A stretch of 64,000 bases of DNA from the human T2T-CHM13v2.0 reference genome, Homo sapiens: assembly GCF_009914755.1 (NCBI RefSeq), contig NC_060925.1, one strand, 5' to 3'. The notes under the pieces were generated by a model. The model was given only the letters and a program-made list of their open reading frames with translations. It did not search any database and was not told where the DNA came from. Both the position numbers and the translations under genes were made by a program. Within the stretch, counting starts at the first letter, position 1; every line of letters starts with the position of its first letter. This document shows, in pieces, positions 38,086 to 52,710 of the stretch.

Positions 38086-41012
38086 TGCTTCCACTGCTCC
38101 AGCCCAACACACACATAAAAAAAGAGATGAAAGTTGAAGCGGTAGACACATGGTCTTCGGGGGTTGCCAAGCACATTGATTAGACCAGGTTGAGAACAAC
38201 AAATGGATTGAGAGCATGTCAATCGTTGCCGACCTTTTTTAACTCACAAAACTCAGTGTATTTTGGGTTTTAAAGTTAAATCTTAAACAGTGTTGCTGTC
38301 CAAATCATTTTCCAGCATTGTTCTGGAAATAAACACTTTTCTAAGGGAGAAATGAAAATGCAATTGAAAATTGAAGAGTGAGGATAGAGATGTGCAAATG
38401 ATAGCCATCTACACTCTTAAAATGTGTAACAATTGAATAATTTCACGAAAGTATGTGAAGCCTTTGTTCAGTTGTGAAATACCCCTCAGGCCCTGAACAT
38501 GCCCTGCTAAGCCTCAGGGTTTGGTCAAGCAGGGTTTTAACTGAAATATCCTTTTGCTTCTTAGACATTCTCTTAATGTCGTTCTAGCTGCACAAGAAAT
38601 CAATTACTTCAAATCAGTACAGAAAAAGTGATTTCAATGGGGCATCCGTAAAGGAAAACAATTAACTTTTCAATGAACAACAAACTTTTTTTTGACTTGT
38701 TAGTTGTATTTGTATCAAAAAACACAATCTTAATCATCATCACGGGTATCTACTACTTTCTATTTGTGTAGCATTTTATATAGTCAACATTTTCACAAGC
38801 ATTTTCAATTAGTTACAAATACCTTGTAAGGTAGAAACAAGGCCTCACTGTTTAAAACAAGGAAGCTGAGGTTTCAGGCCAGTAGGGCCAGAACTCAAAT
38901 CATCTGGTTCTTCATCCAGTGTTTTTCAATATTCCACACTGCCTTGGTGAAGTCTCCTTAGTACTTTCCCAGGCATCACTAAAAGGAGTTTAAATTTCTT
39001 TTTTCTGGAGCATGTAGGAAAAGGATAAACAGTTGGCTTTTTTTATTTTTAGATCAATTCAAAAGACTACTTCTTGGAAACAGACCTACAGATAGACATT
39101 TTGGACCTTTCCTATGCATGGTTTTCACGAAGCTAAATAGAACACCTCCTCCTCCATCAACACCAAAAAAAAAAAAAAATGTCCTGAGACTTCACTGTTT
39201 AAAGATTTATTGATCCCTATGCTGTTACTTCCGTCTTCTGAAAACATCCTGGGTGAAAATCTGACACAATAATCAAAAGAAAACTTTGTAGTGGGGCCTG
39301 TCAAAACATACCTTTTTTTTTTAAGAGAAGATTAGCCAAAGACTAAAAATATCTATATTGAGAGAGAGATGTGCAAGCCAAGCAAAAATAAGAACAGACT
39401 TTATGCAAAATGTGGGACTATACACCACAGTCCACAGTCCATCTCAAGCTATAAGAGATTGCATTTAAGAGCGTGAGCTTTGGAGGTACATACACAGTTT
39501 GAGCTATATGACCTGAGACAAGTTACTGAATATCTCTCAGCTTCAGATTCCACATAGATACCTAACAATACCTACCTCCAAAGCTTATCAGGGGAATAAG
39601 ATCATACATGTAAAGTGCTTAGCGTAGACCTTGGCCCAGTGGAGAATAAAAAGTAAGAATACAGATGGTAGTGGTAGAGGAAGGTGGAGACAGAGAGGGA
39701 GCAGGGGTAATAATTAGTAGGTTTCACACGAATGTGATTACACATAGAATAAACAGCACAGAGAAACACACTCAGGATTTCAGATTATTTAAACAAGAGG
39801 AGCAAGGTTTAATCCCCCAGGGACTCTCCTAAAACACAGCAGATTTCTGAAATGATAGGTTTTGCTGCTCAACTTCAAAGCTTTTGAGAGTCTGAGAATT
39901 TGGAGACTGAGATGCTGATATAAAAACTCTCCAGAGATCCCAGTTTTGTGATGTGTTGTTTGGGAGGTGGTAAGGGGGTGGCAGGTGTGGGGGATGAAGT
40001 GTGGATATTTTCCCAGGGCAGGATTTCTTAGAATTTTCTTGGGATGATTTGAGACCTGTGCTTCTAACGGAAGTGACAAAAACCTCAGGAGTAGTCAGAA
40101 CTTTTCTGAACAAGAACGGTTTGAACGTTGATTTGACTTTTTAAAGGTTTTTGGTCAAGTTTCCTTGTGTATCTCAGACATATGACTGAAGTTAGGCAGA
40201 TGCCTGAATCCAGAGACCCCACTGGTGTGCTGACTGATGTGCATGCCAGCCTCTGTGTGTCTTCTGTGTTTCATACGTTTGTCATTGACAGCCAGAAAAG
40301 TAAATCCAAGAAGCTCTTTCAAAAATCGTCATGGGCAAACTCTGCATTGACAGATTCCCAAGCAGCCTCCTTCACAAAATAAAATCCTCTAAATTCAGTG
40401 CATGTCTGTTATCAAGATTCTAAATACAAAGTATTCATGCAACATCTAATCTATTTTCTCATATTTTGTCTTTTGCTTACCATCCAGTGTTTGGGTACAT
40501 TGATAAAGTTGGTGCTCATAGCTTGACCACAGTCAAAAGCATAATTCTCTTAACCACATTTAAAGAAGAAAAACCTAAAATGGAAAAATCATTCATCTTC
40601 CTTCAAGTTCTAACCTCCATTTTCATCTTGGACATAAATTCTACATACATGCAAAATGCAAGAGAATTTATTATGTGTTTAATGTGTATGTGATGATAAT
40701 GAAAGGTACCTACCATGCAGCAGAGAGTCTTAAGACCTTACCTCTGTCATAGAGCAATAAAAGGATTTACCTTTCACTGGGTGTCACATGACAACAAAAG
40801 GCAATGAGCTTCTACCATCAACCATAGCTGAAATCATTAATTTTTTTTCTTTATTAAGAAAAAAAAGAGAAAAAAGAAAGTGCTACAGTGTTTAGTGTAG
40901 TAACTGCCAAGGCAAAAAAAAAAAAAAAATGTCCGGGACTGGCATTATACTGTGATAACAGCGCTTTGGCCCCCTGTGTTTCCAGCCATTTTAATGCTAG
41001 TTTGTTTTTCAG

Positions 41013-41140
41013 GTGCATCATCCCCTGCTCGACCAGCCACTCCTTTGGTTCCTTGCAGAAGTACCACTCCACCTCCACCTCCTCCCCGGCCTCCATCCCG
41101 GCCAAAGCTACCTCCAGGAAAACCTGGAGTTGGAGATGTG
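41013..41140 (+). CDS. SGIP1: SGIP1 exon, 128 nt ([43 protein letters not shown]), phase 1-0
   Basis: tttgtttttcag|GTGCATCA...GATGTG|gtatgt; overlaps ORF 40952..41179. Confidence 0.97.
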
Positions 41141-42051
41141 GTATGTTCCCTTCTGCCCTGGCTTGCTCAGAAACAGTGAGAATGACAAACAGAAGCTCCA
41201 AATGCCTTCAGGTCTAAGCGTTTAGAGAACTCGTACAAACAACCCTGACAGGTGGCATCTGAAAGACAGTCACTGCGGTATGAGTGTACATTTCAACCCT
41301 CCTCAAATTTCTACCATCTTTCAAGCCAAGGTCTAAAATGACAGGAATGGTACGCTTGGACCCTTACCTCTGCTACAGTGGGTTAGATACAAATGACGAT
41401 AGTAACATTCATAGAAAGAGAGGTGTTTCACAGTATTTGTCTGATATTAGAAAACTCCAAGAGAGGGCAAATCCTGGTTTCTGATCCCAGAATACAGATG
41501 ACATATTGATTGTAGGCACATGATGTGAATATACAGTGAAGGAGTGGTGGCTTGAGGAATTTGTTGCAGAAGTTTCTTGCCTTGTGTTTTAAGGCTGAGG
41601 AGTGGAAAACATTCTGTGTGAACAATTAAGAGAGACTTGTGGCAGGGGTAGATTTCTTTGGCATTTGCACACAGGAGTCAGAAACAAATGATGTCCATAG
41701 CATTTGGCTGGGCTAACGTCTAAAGTCGTTAGCTTTAGACGAGTATGAGCTCTCACTCTGTGTTACCTGCTGAGTCCCTGAGGGCATGTGAGTTCAGTCC
41801 TGAAACAGACCCACTGACCGTGTCACAGATCCCAGCTTCGCTAAGCTCAGCTTTAGCATGTTATGGTTTATCGTTTCTCCAGCTCCATTCCACAAACTCT
41901 CATATAGATAGAATTAATTTCAGTGTAAAAATGGTGTCATCTATTCTTCAGATACCTAAGTTGTCATATCTGGGGCTGGGAGACATTAAAAATATGGAGC
42001 AAAAATACTGCAACCTGTGTATCTAACTTTTCATCTCTTTTCTTCTTACAG

Positions 42052-42178
42052 TCCAGACCTTTTAGCCCTCCCATTCATTCTTCCAGCCCTCCTCCAATAG
42101 CACCCTTAGCGCGGGCTGAAAGCACTTCTTCAATATCGTCAACCAATTCCTTGAGCGCAGCCACCACTCCCACAGTTG
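42052..42178 (+). CDS. SGIP1: SGIP1 exon, 127 nt ([42 protein letters not shown]), phase 0-1
   Basis: ctaac branch-like site, then tcttttcttcttacag|TCCAGACCT...ACAGTTG|gtaaaa. Confidence 0.97.
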
Positions 42179-43740
42179 GTAAAAATTCTCTCCTCTCTTT
42201 TAATCCGTTTGTGGTTTTGACTGGCTATTTTTTATGATCTGAAATCCCCAAGGCCCTGTGTTTCTGGTTGAAATTGTTTTGCTGTGTGTTTTGCTACTAT
42301 TACCTGACTCTTCTTTTAAAACCACCTTCTCAGCAAAGGAGGCAAAGTGCTTTACCTAAGCAAATGAACAAATAAAAGAACATTAACACCTGTGTTTTGC
42401 AGGAATTTTCTTATGCTGTTCCATACAGAGCTATTCAAAAAATAAGTAAGAAATCGCCAAGGAAGGTCTTGTAATTTAGATATTATTTCTTAAAATAAAA
42501 ATAGTCTCCTTTGAGGGGAAATGTTTGTTTAAATTCCAACCATGAACCACATCAGAAATCACAAAATTTAGAACTTGTATTTTCTTGAAGCTTTCATTTC
42601 TTCATCATTTTTGGTTGTCCTTATGTTGACAGATGATATAAACATCGGCATTGTGAGACTTGAGCAAACTTTTCGACATTTTTTTTTCTAGTGCTTTTCA
42701 GTGATGTGTGGTCAGTTTTCCCAGAGAAATAAGCCGTTGGTGGCATTTTCAGGAAATGCCTTTATGCCTCTTTCCTTATGCTGTGACGAAAGTAAAGAGT
42801 TGAGAATGGCTGTTCAGCTGGATGGTTTTCCAAGGTTTCAATGCTTCATTTTGCCTGGAGCATCATCCCCCTTTCCAAAGCTGGTCTCTCTCTTTTTCCA
42901 CCTCCCAGCAGGAGACAGGTTCCTATTGCCTCTCTCATTTTTGCATGGTGTCTCCCACCTAGGGCTTTCCCATTCCATTTTTCCCATGGGATCCCCGTTC
43001 CCCATTGTCTTCCTTTATTGTCAGAACTCCCCTCTGGCTCTTCCATAGTGTAAACCACCTGGCCCATCCCACATTGCTTGGGAGAATCGTTAACTAAAGC
43101 TAAATAACTTCCTTCTGCTACTCTCGGAAGAGCAGTCTGCCCAGTTGCCTATGTGAGAAGTAGCTTGATCAAAGCCTGAAGCTCTTCTGGAGAAAGAACT
43201 GCCTATTTTCCCAGATAAATAAGTTAAGGTGTGCCTTTTAAGGCCCCCAAAGGGAATTTCAACTATATCACGTGCCTTTATATCTTTAATCAAATCCTCC
43301 CAAAAGAACCTTTCAAGTTTGGTGAAAATAGAGCCAGTTACCTAGTTTCTTGTGAGTTACCAACAGACAGATATTTAACATTATTTATGTAGCCAAGTTT
43401 GCTCCTGTCTGCAACATCAACTGGGGCAATTTGGGGCTTCCTATCTTTGAATGCCTAGTAACTCATTTCCCTCTGTTTTGTTTGTTTGTTTCTGTAATTT
43501 TTTTAATTCTATCTCCTTAATACTCCTTGATTGCTATAAGCCATCCCCCACACTGCCACTCTTTTTCTAGATTAGTTGTTTCACCTCCTTCATGTGATTT
43601 GACTTGTCTGTCAGAGAGGAAAGTAAAAGTAAACTGTCACTCAGAAAGCTGACCCCAAGTGACCTCAGATAAACCTGTAACATGTTCTTTCAATGCACTG
43701 TGATTCATAGAGAAAATAGCACACACAAAGAATTTGAACT

Positions 43741-44047
<307 letters not shown>

Positions 44048-44344
44048 AGAATTTGAACTTTGTGTATGTTTGTACAATGTGTTTTTATACTCCCTGCTGC
44101 AGAAATCTCAAATCCTGGCCAGAAACTTTGATTCTTAACACATCTGGAATGGGTTCCTTCAAGATGAACCAGAGTGGGATTAAAAAAAAAATAGCCACAT
44201 AAGAGGATAGTCACATTGCTTCATTACTAAGGAGCATACTGATTTAATCTGTTTGATTTTGTTATGTTTATTTGGTGTCCATCTTCCTGCTGAATTCCTC
44301 ACCCTCCTGCCTCGTCTTTTCACCTGCTGTGGGTCAGCTGACAG

Positions 44345-44359
44345 CCACTTTTCTCCGAA
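44345..44359 (+). CDS. Candidate 15-nt microexon (ATFLR), phase 1-1
   Basis: About 100 nt of AG-free, pyrimidine-rich tract, then gggtcagctgacag|CCACTTTTCTCCGAA|gtaaat. In frame only if the second AG is used. Prediction only. Confidence 0.35.
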
Positions 44360-44991
44360 GTAAATATATTGTCAAGACTGACTGTCCCCAGACTTCCTGT
44401 GCACTGCTCTTCCTCTCCAGAGAGGATGGGCTGTTCAACACCAAAGGGCCTAATCATAACTGACTTGGAATGTCAACTTAATGTAGTCAAATGGTGTGAG
44501 GGAGGTAGAGAATTTCAGCAGCAAATTCTCTGAGGTTGGTAGCTCAATATTTCCCTCCCACTGCAATACTTCTTTTTGACATTTCCTATGGTACTTGAAC
44601 CAAAATTGGGGCAAATCTAAAGTAATTCAAGAACTAAAGTTTTAAGAGCAAGTCTAAACCTTCTACACAGCAATTCATATAAGAAGATGCCCCTAAATGA
44701 CTTTGGATATGAAATCTCTCATGACAGCTGTGATTACACAATAGCAAATCTGATGCCACAGGTGAAAACAGGACTTTTTGTGTATTGTCACACTCGAATG
44801 AAGAAGAGCTCCTATACAACTGCCTTTTATTGAATTGAAGACACCCTCAATTGAAAAATGTACCATTATTTTTTATACGACTAAGAAAGGGGAGAAAAAC
44901 TACTGGTTGAGCTAAGATAAAATGTTTTTTTATTACATTAATTATTTCAGACAGGTTATAATATGAAAAAGTGCACAGTTTAGAATCAATG

Positions 44992-45122
44992 AGCCAGGTA
45001 TGGTGGTGTGCGGTGGTAATCTGGTGGTAATGCCAGCTGAGATGGGAGGATTACTTGACCCCAGGAATTCAGGACAAGCCTGGGCAACATAGCAAGATTC
45101 TCATCTCAGTTTTTAAAAATAA

Positions 45123-45165
<43 letters not shown>

Positions 45166-45168
45166 AAA
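44992..45168 (+). mobile_element. Alu monomer (FLAM-like) with (TAAA)n tail
   Basis: Single arm ...gatgggaggattacttgaccccaggaattc...agcctgggcaacatagcaaga, then (taaa)n at 45120-45164. Confidence 0.85.
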
Positions 45169-45881
45169 ACAGTAATTTCTTTTGCACTAGTAAAAGCTCA
45201 CAGGACCTCTACTATATGATTTGGGGGAAAATCCTATCAATATTATGAGGATAGAGAAATTGCTTAAAGTTATTCTAAGAAACAAGCACCTTGACATTTC
45301 AAGATACAGAGATAACAATAGAGATAATGAGGAATATTATCATTAAATTGTAAATATGGAGTCAAGCTAATAGAATATTTTCTGAGGAACATTATTATTT
45401 GTGGAATATTTTTTCTACCCTCATCCATTTCCTTCTCTGCATTTTTCTTTCTTACTGGTCTTTGTACAGATTTTATTCAATTTTCTGTTAAAGTTGTAAT
45501 AGTATGCATAAGACCTGTGGCATTGAGTACTTTTTTAAAATCCCACATAGAGTCAAAAATCCCAATTACTTGCATTTGTTAGTTGCTGAGAAGACAGACC
45601 TTATAAAGAGCTGAATTGGTTAAAGTCCAGAGCACCAATTCATGATGTTGTGACCAATTTACAAAGACATTCAGACACAGCTGGATACCATAGACAAAGA
45701 TGAAATTATGATAATGCTGTTCAAAATTAACGGTCCATAACTATCAAAGGCAGGTGCAAGGCAAATTGAATTTGGATATTGATGAGGCTGAAATGGGATA
45801 GTTCATACAGGGACCTTGGATTTATACTGTTGCTTTTTTATGGCCATGTTAAAAGCATCTACTTTCCCCATGGGAGGAAGG

Positions 45882-47021
45882 TGCATGCTGAGTGATCCTG
45901 TTGAGCTGTCACTGCTCTGTCAGGAGATTCTTGTTGATGGACATATGTCTGACCACTTGAGAATTGTGTTGGAGTGAAATACACTTGCATAAGTCAATTA
46001 TTAATGACAGTTCCTTTAGCAACTCCCAGAGAAGGTGGGGCATGACTTCTTCCCTGGAGCTGACTTCAGACAAATTCACAGATGCTAAACCCTGGCTTTT
46101 TTTTTTTTTAACATTTTAATTTCCTCTCATAGAATCATCACAAAATAAGAAAACACTTCTTTATATCGTAATCATAATTCCAGTGTTTTCAGTTTTGTTT
46201 CCTTTTTCCACTAAAATCATTCCTGTGTTTCAATCAGTAAAGTGGGCTTCTTGATTTCATTTGGGATTTGTATTTGTGTTTTTGTTTTCCATTCGTTTAT
46301 GTTTCTTTGGTTCGTAGTGTCAGAAGACGATGTTTTTTATGACAAACTGCCCTCGTTTGAAAGGCGCTGTGAAACGCCTGCAGGTATGGTGCTAGCCAAG
46401 TGATCTCTAGAGACCTAGATTCCAAAAATCCAAGCCATTATCCATCTGAATGCTATAAACTTCATGGACATGCCCTCACCTCATGAGTGTCCAGTGCCTC
46501 TCAGATGCACCCTGTATATTTACTGTTCATCGTGGAACTCGTGCCACTGAAAATTTTTAAGTGACTATATTCAAAAACAGCAGGTTGCATGACAGTTTCT
46601 CAGTGAAGAGGTTCAAAAAAGGTGAGATGCTATTGCTTTGTGAATTTACAAAGGAAAGAATAATTTAACTGCTCAGAATTACATGTCCGGTCACTGCTTT
46701 TTAATTTAAAAAATAATAGAGCATCATTAGTAATCTTGTTTTCTCTTTGATACATAGGTAAAGGGTGTTTTGTGTCTGGATGCCTAAGGTGATTCCAGGG
46801 GAGGGGATGGAAGATATGTGACATCTTCCCTGAAATTTATATTGATATGCAATGCTTTGTCATTTAAAACCTAAGCTAATGTTTTCTACAATCCATAACT
46901 CTGAGTTTATCTTTTTGGAAACATAGAAGGGGATGACATTGAAGATGAAATGGATACAGCAATTGCTGAATGACAGTTTGCCCAAATTAGTGCAGTTAAA
47001 ATATGCTGACGCCCCTGCATG
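45882..47021 (+). promoter_or_regulatory. RBFOX-type UGCAUG elements around the 66-nt and 60-nt cassette exons
   Basis: TGCATG at 45882, 46586 and 47016; function is inferred. Confidence 0.4.
46318..46383 (+). CDS. SGIP1: SGIP1 alternative cassette exon, 66 nt (VSEDDVFYDKLPSFERRCETPA), phase 1-1
   Basis: U-rich, AG-free tract of about 74 nt ending ttcgtag|TGTCAGAAGAC...CCTGCAG|gtatgg. Open in the SGIP1 frame and retains CpGs in AT-rich surroundings. I recall an isoform using an exon here, but have not verified it. Confidence 0.85.
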
Positions 47022-47316
47022 GCCAGGAAGACTTCTGCTCCATGCACACAAGCACCAAGTATCAAGCGACCACCAACACGTTCCCATTCCTTTAGGCCTC
47101 CATAGCTTTGCTTTTGCTTTCTGTTTCCTGAACTAAAAAAAAAAAAAAAAAAAAGTGTAGATTGCCAGCCTTCCCTTTTTTCTGCACGCTAATGGCATGT
47201 AGTGCCTCCACCCTTCCCTATAGTGAGATTAATGACCTGCTCTGTAACTCACATTGTGTCCTTCTCTCTCCCTTTCCTTAACCCTTCCCATCCCGCTTCA
47301 ACTCCTGGCCATACAG

Positions 47317-47376
47317 AGAATGAACAGCCTTCCCTCGTTTGGTTTGACAGAGGAAAGTTTTATTTGACTTTTGAAG
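47317..47376 (+). CDS. SGIP1: SGIP1 cassette exon, 60 nt ([20 protein letters not shown]), phase 1-1
   Basis: Long pyrimidine tract ...ccatacag|AGAATGAAC...TTTGAAG|gtaagt; matches the SGIP1 sequence just before the mu-homology domain. Confidence 0.95.
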
Positions 47377-50223
47377 GTAAGTAGTGCATAGCATACCAGA
47401 TTCTAATTTATACTCCTCCTCATCCTTATTTCCCCATTTGCATTTCCAAATCCCAGTTCTCTTCAAAAGTTCTGGTCTCACTTTCTATATGAAAATGCTA
47501 TGGCTACTTAGAAAATATTAAACACTAAAGGAAATATTACATGAATTTGGTTTGTATATGATCTTCAATTTTTTCACATTAAAAAAAGTTCAAGCTAATT
47601 TGCAGTTAATATTGGTTATTTAATTAACTATGGTCAATTGAAAATAAAACAAAACAAAACACACCTTTTTTGGCCAAGGAACTTAACTCTGTCAACCAGG
47701 GCTCTTTCCTAACTCTTTTGCAAATGCAGTGCAACAAATATAAGGACATTTTTGGTTGGTATTGGTATTTAACTTGTTTTGGGTAATTAATATTTTAGAT
47801 GCAACATGCATTATTGTAAAATCTAAATATGTAAATACATTCTTATGACAAGGAATGCTGTATAAGAGATCAGAAAAATCGGGAAAAGAAAAAAAGGAGT
47901 TTATTAGTAAGTTTGATCTGCGTCTCCTGAAATTGCAATTGAGATGACTGCAGTAAAATGGAGAACTATTGCTGGACTTGCCATTTAGAAGATTAAGGAA
48001 AATATACATAAATATAATGTCAAATATCTAACCTCATTCTTTGATCATTTGTTATATTCTGCATAAAGGGTAAGCATTCTTCTGTTTTATATTTAAGTTT
48101 TAATCATCTTAACAGGCCAGTCATTTGATTAAATGGTACATTTGAACTAATGATGGGGGAAGAAGTTAAGTAATTTAACTTAATTTATGGACCATCTTAC
48201 ACATAAAGATTTATCACATAAAATCCTGCTTTCTAGGATTTTAAATAGCTACATTTATCCCAGGATCAAAAGTTGGCCAAAACACATTCCACTCTAGATT
48301 TGAATCTAAATATTGAACTTGTTTTTGTGTTTCATGGCAACAAAATAGAATTTTCATAACTTGAGTGTGTGTTTTAATGCAACTTTAAAAATCAGAATGG
48401 CTGATATACATAAATAGTTTGTATAGTTGTGGCTTTTTTCTCTCAACAATAAATTTTGCTTGCAAGATAGTCATAGAGATAGAAGTTCTTAGCTAGAACT
48501 TATCCAGAAATAGCTTGGGTAGTATTAGGAAAGATGGTCTGATTTCAAATTTCTCAAACATCCTGATTTCCTGAACTAGCCTGGTCAGAAGGCAGGTGAA
48601 TAAGCAGTCTTCAGGAGAGGATGTATCTTCTGCACATGAAGTCAAAGCCTTCATTGCCTTGGGTCATTAATTTTGTGATAACCAAGATGCAAAGTCCACA
48701 ACTTGTGACCTCCTAAACTTTCTCTTTGAATTAGATGAAATTAGTAAGTGCCCAGGTATTTTTTACTAATCAGCATGTTGCCAAAGAAGAAACTACAGTT
48801 GCATAAGTTGGTAATCCTGAAGTAAAGCAATACCTGCATACTTAAAGGCACTTTGGTTCCATCTGGTCACACCAGATGATGCAGTTTACCTTCTTTTAAC
48901 CAGGAAAGTAAACAAGGCACTTTGCCAACCCTCAAATCATTGTCTGGGCTCAACAACAAAAAAACAACTCTGACAGTTTTTTGTTGTTTGTTTTGGCTAG
49001 TGTATGTGTCAGCTTATTTGTTTATGCTTTATTGTGGACCTCTTTTGAGAGAGAGAGAGAGATCTTTTTTGAAGAAACCAATCTAAAGACATCTTTGGTT
49101 GTCTGTTTTGAAAATACATATTATCAATCAAATATAAATATTTAATAAATGTGTGGAATAACATATCACATTTTATGAAAATATATTTGTCAGTAGATGT
49201 CTGGGTATTTAAAGTTGGTAACATTGCCATTCTAATTAGTGAGACCCAAATTCCTTAAACATCTCAATTTGGGCCAAGAGAAGTCATGCAAGAAGCGTTT
49301 TAATAGAAATTAATTGGAATCTCTAGTACTGTATTATCTTAATCTTGGACTTTGTTCAAGTTTAAGTATAAAGAAGGCTTCTTGAAAGGATGTGTGAATA
49401 GCCATATCATGAATGTTGGTGTCACTGTTTCTCTCGCTAAAAAATGTTTATGCAGATACAAGTATATTCAAATGCACTTCAAGGGAAGCCTTAGAAGAAA
49501 CTAAAAATGATGTCTTGCTATCTGAGCAAAAACGGCTATATTTTTTAAATGGAGATTTGTTTTCATCATGTATGTACGCTAGACTCGGGTATTTTTAGCT
49601 AGTAAAACCTAGAAGAATTTTTTTAATTTTTCTGCTGTGATGATAAAATGACATAGAAATGGTGACATTTTAATTTACCTCGAGAGTAGTGCCCCCACCT
49701 AAATTTTTATACTGCAAAAACATTTTCCTTCAACATGCTTTATTAAATAGGATTTCTAACATATTCTTGTAGGGCACTCTGGTTTTACCCACATTTGTTA
49801 TTATTAATATTAATTAACATTATCTTTAATTCTTCATTCAGGGAATGTAGAAGAAGAAAGATTCCCACTTCAAAATAGTCATCAGTTCCAAATAGCTTTT
49901 CAATTTTTATTTATTGACTTCTAAATAGTATTTTTACAGTGTTCAAAACACTATTCTGTCTTGTTCATCATTTTGTTTTTACAATGCTTTAGATATCATT
50001 GTCAGTCAATGTTTGAGCTACTGATCAACCAATCAACTAAGTGGCGTATGACTTTATTTGAGGATAACATGGGTGCTTCACACTTCCAAATTTAAGTTAA
50101 TAATAGAGATAGAAAAGTGTTAGTGGTTCTAATTCTCGAGTCCCAGTGCTTTTCTGAATGTTTTACTTTTAGAAACAGCTTCACTGAAATATTAATTTAT
50201 GATAAAAATTCTATTTATTTTAA

Positions 50224-50561
<338 letters not shown>

Positions 50562-51537
50562 CAAATGGTGATGACTTTTTAAATTCATCAAAGACTGTAT
50601 CCTATTGAAGCTATCAAGTATTCTGAGGTGGGAGGGCAAGATATTTTCATGACAAATATTAAATAGAAGATATGACTGTTAGCTATTTGAGCAATTCCCT
50701 AGAGTATTTGAACATCAAGATGTTTCCAGAAATGTACTGCACTTCTCCTTGGTTAGCTTTTTTAACTACAAAATCATCTCGTATGTGGTGGTGAAAAACA
50801 AACAAACAAAAAATCTGCTACCTTAAGTACTTAAGTGGCCTCGTGTAGGAATATAAGCTCTGTCATCTACTCATATAGCCTCTTACATCTCACACACTCT
50901 CATCTCTAGACTCTCTGCGCTCCTGTTTACTCGTCTTTTCCCATCATTCCCACCAGGAATGCCACATCCCTAGCAGTACCCTTTTCTACATTTCAGTCTC
51001 TCAGCTGAACTTGCCCACGTGTTTCCTGACGAAATCCTGACTCTTAGGAGCCATCACTTCCATAGCACTCTCTATGGAGACCTCTCTTCAGTCTTCTGTG
51101 GATCGTTCATCATGGGACTAGGAGGCAGTGTTTGGATTCTCTTAGCTCCCTATTGCTGCTTCCAAAGCCTTCCTGATTGTGAGAGCAGCCGTCTGATAAT
51201 TCCACCCTCTTCCACTCCTTATTGCTGTTAACAGTTGACTGCAGAGCAGTCCTCTGCATTTATCTTAGAGGTGCTGGCAGCTTGCGTGTCATCCTCTGTG
51301 CCACCTCACTTCCCAGCATCATCCTGTGACATAGAGTGTACGTGTGTGACCTGTCTCACATGCTGGCTCCAGGGCCTCTTGATTTTTGCTCCAAGAAGCT
51401 TTCTCTCCACTTTACTCGGTACTCCACACCTCTGGCCACATCCTGGAAGTCATTCCCCTGGCAAGTCTCATTTCAGCTGTTTCATCATTAAGAATTTGTC
51501 ACCCTTTTTGTACACCAGGGACTTTATGAAGCAATAT

Positions 51538-51780
51538 TCTTTCATTCAACAAATATTAAGTGACTGCCTGCTGTGTACTAGCACTGTCCTGGGCACTCCT
51601 TACTAGTGAACAAAACAGAAAAAATACCTGTCCCCACAGAGGTTATGTTCTACTGTGGAAAGTTAAAAAGATAAATAAGTAAAATATATATAGTATGAAT
51701 ATTGTAATGAGTTCTATAGGAAAAATAAAATAGGAAAGGAGAATGGAGCATAGTGAGGGTTGCAGTTTTAAATTGGGGAA
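51538..51780 (-). mobile_element. L2 3' end relic
   Basis: ttcattcaacaaatattaagtgactgcctgctgtgtactagcactgtcctgggcac. Confidence 0.65.
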
Positions 51781-51959
51781 TTTGAGGTTGAAAAATGAAA
51801 AATAAAATAAAAATAATAATGAATATGAGTAACTAACATCTGAGTATTTACCATGTGTAAAGCAGCCTCCATCTATTATCTTATTTCACCTGCACAACTC
51901 ACTGATGCAGAAACTGAGATTCAGATAATGTAAGTAACTTTCACAGGGTCACACAGTCA

Positions 51960-52313
<354 letters not shown>

Positions 52314-52431
52314 TCACTACCTCACCCTACTGTACATACCTAATCTCATTCAGTCCTTGCAACAAAGGTTTTGCCCTAATCTTCTAGCCTTCCAGCTCTC
52401 TAATTTCCTGATACTACACCTTATTTTTCCC

Positions 52432-52710
52432 TTTTATTTTTAGATGACAGCTAATAATTGTCCTATTTATAGGATACCAAATAATATTTCAATACATGTG
52501 TACTATGTATAATAATCAAATCAGAGTAATTAGCATATCCATCATCTCAAATATTTATCATTTTTTTGGGTTGTGAACATTCAAAATCCTCTTTTTGGAA
52601 ATATACAATAAATTATTGTTTTCCCTATTTACCATACAGTGCTATAGAATACTAACATTTAGTCCTCCTATCTAGTTGTAATTTTGTACCTATTAACCAG
52701 CCTTTGACCC
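52432..52710 (-). mobile_element. Old L1 (L1MA-like) 3' end
   Basis: aataattgt...atcaaatcagagtaattagcatatccatcatctcaaatatttatcattt...aacattcaaaatcctc. Confidence 0.75.

Noticed and set aside
40250-40382. Acceptor-like site at 40291 and a short ORF
   Set aside because: The SGIP1 frame hits a stop, and the nearby donor gives a non-frame-preserving 8 nt; support is insufficient.
42880-42955. Pyrimidine tract with NAGNAG acceptor (cctcccagcag)
   Set aside because: Only poor donors follow (gttcct, gtgtct).
47273-47283. U12-type branch consensus TTTCCTTAAC upstream of the 60-nt exon
   Set aside because: The upstream donors (gtaaaa, gtatgg) are not U12-type GTATCCTT; more likely an ordinary U2 branch site or chance.
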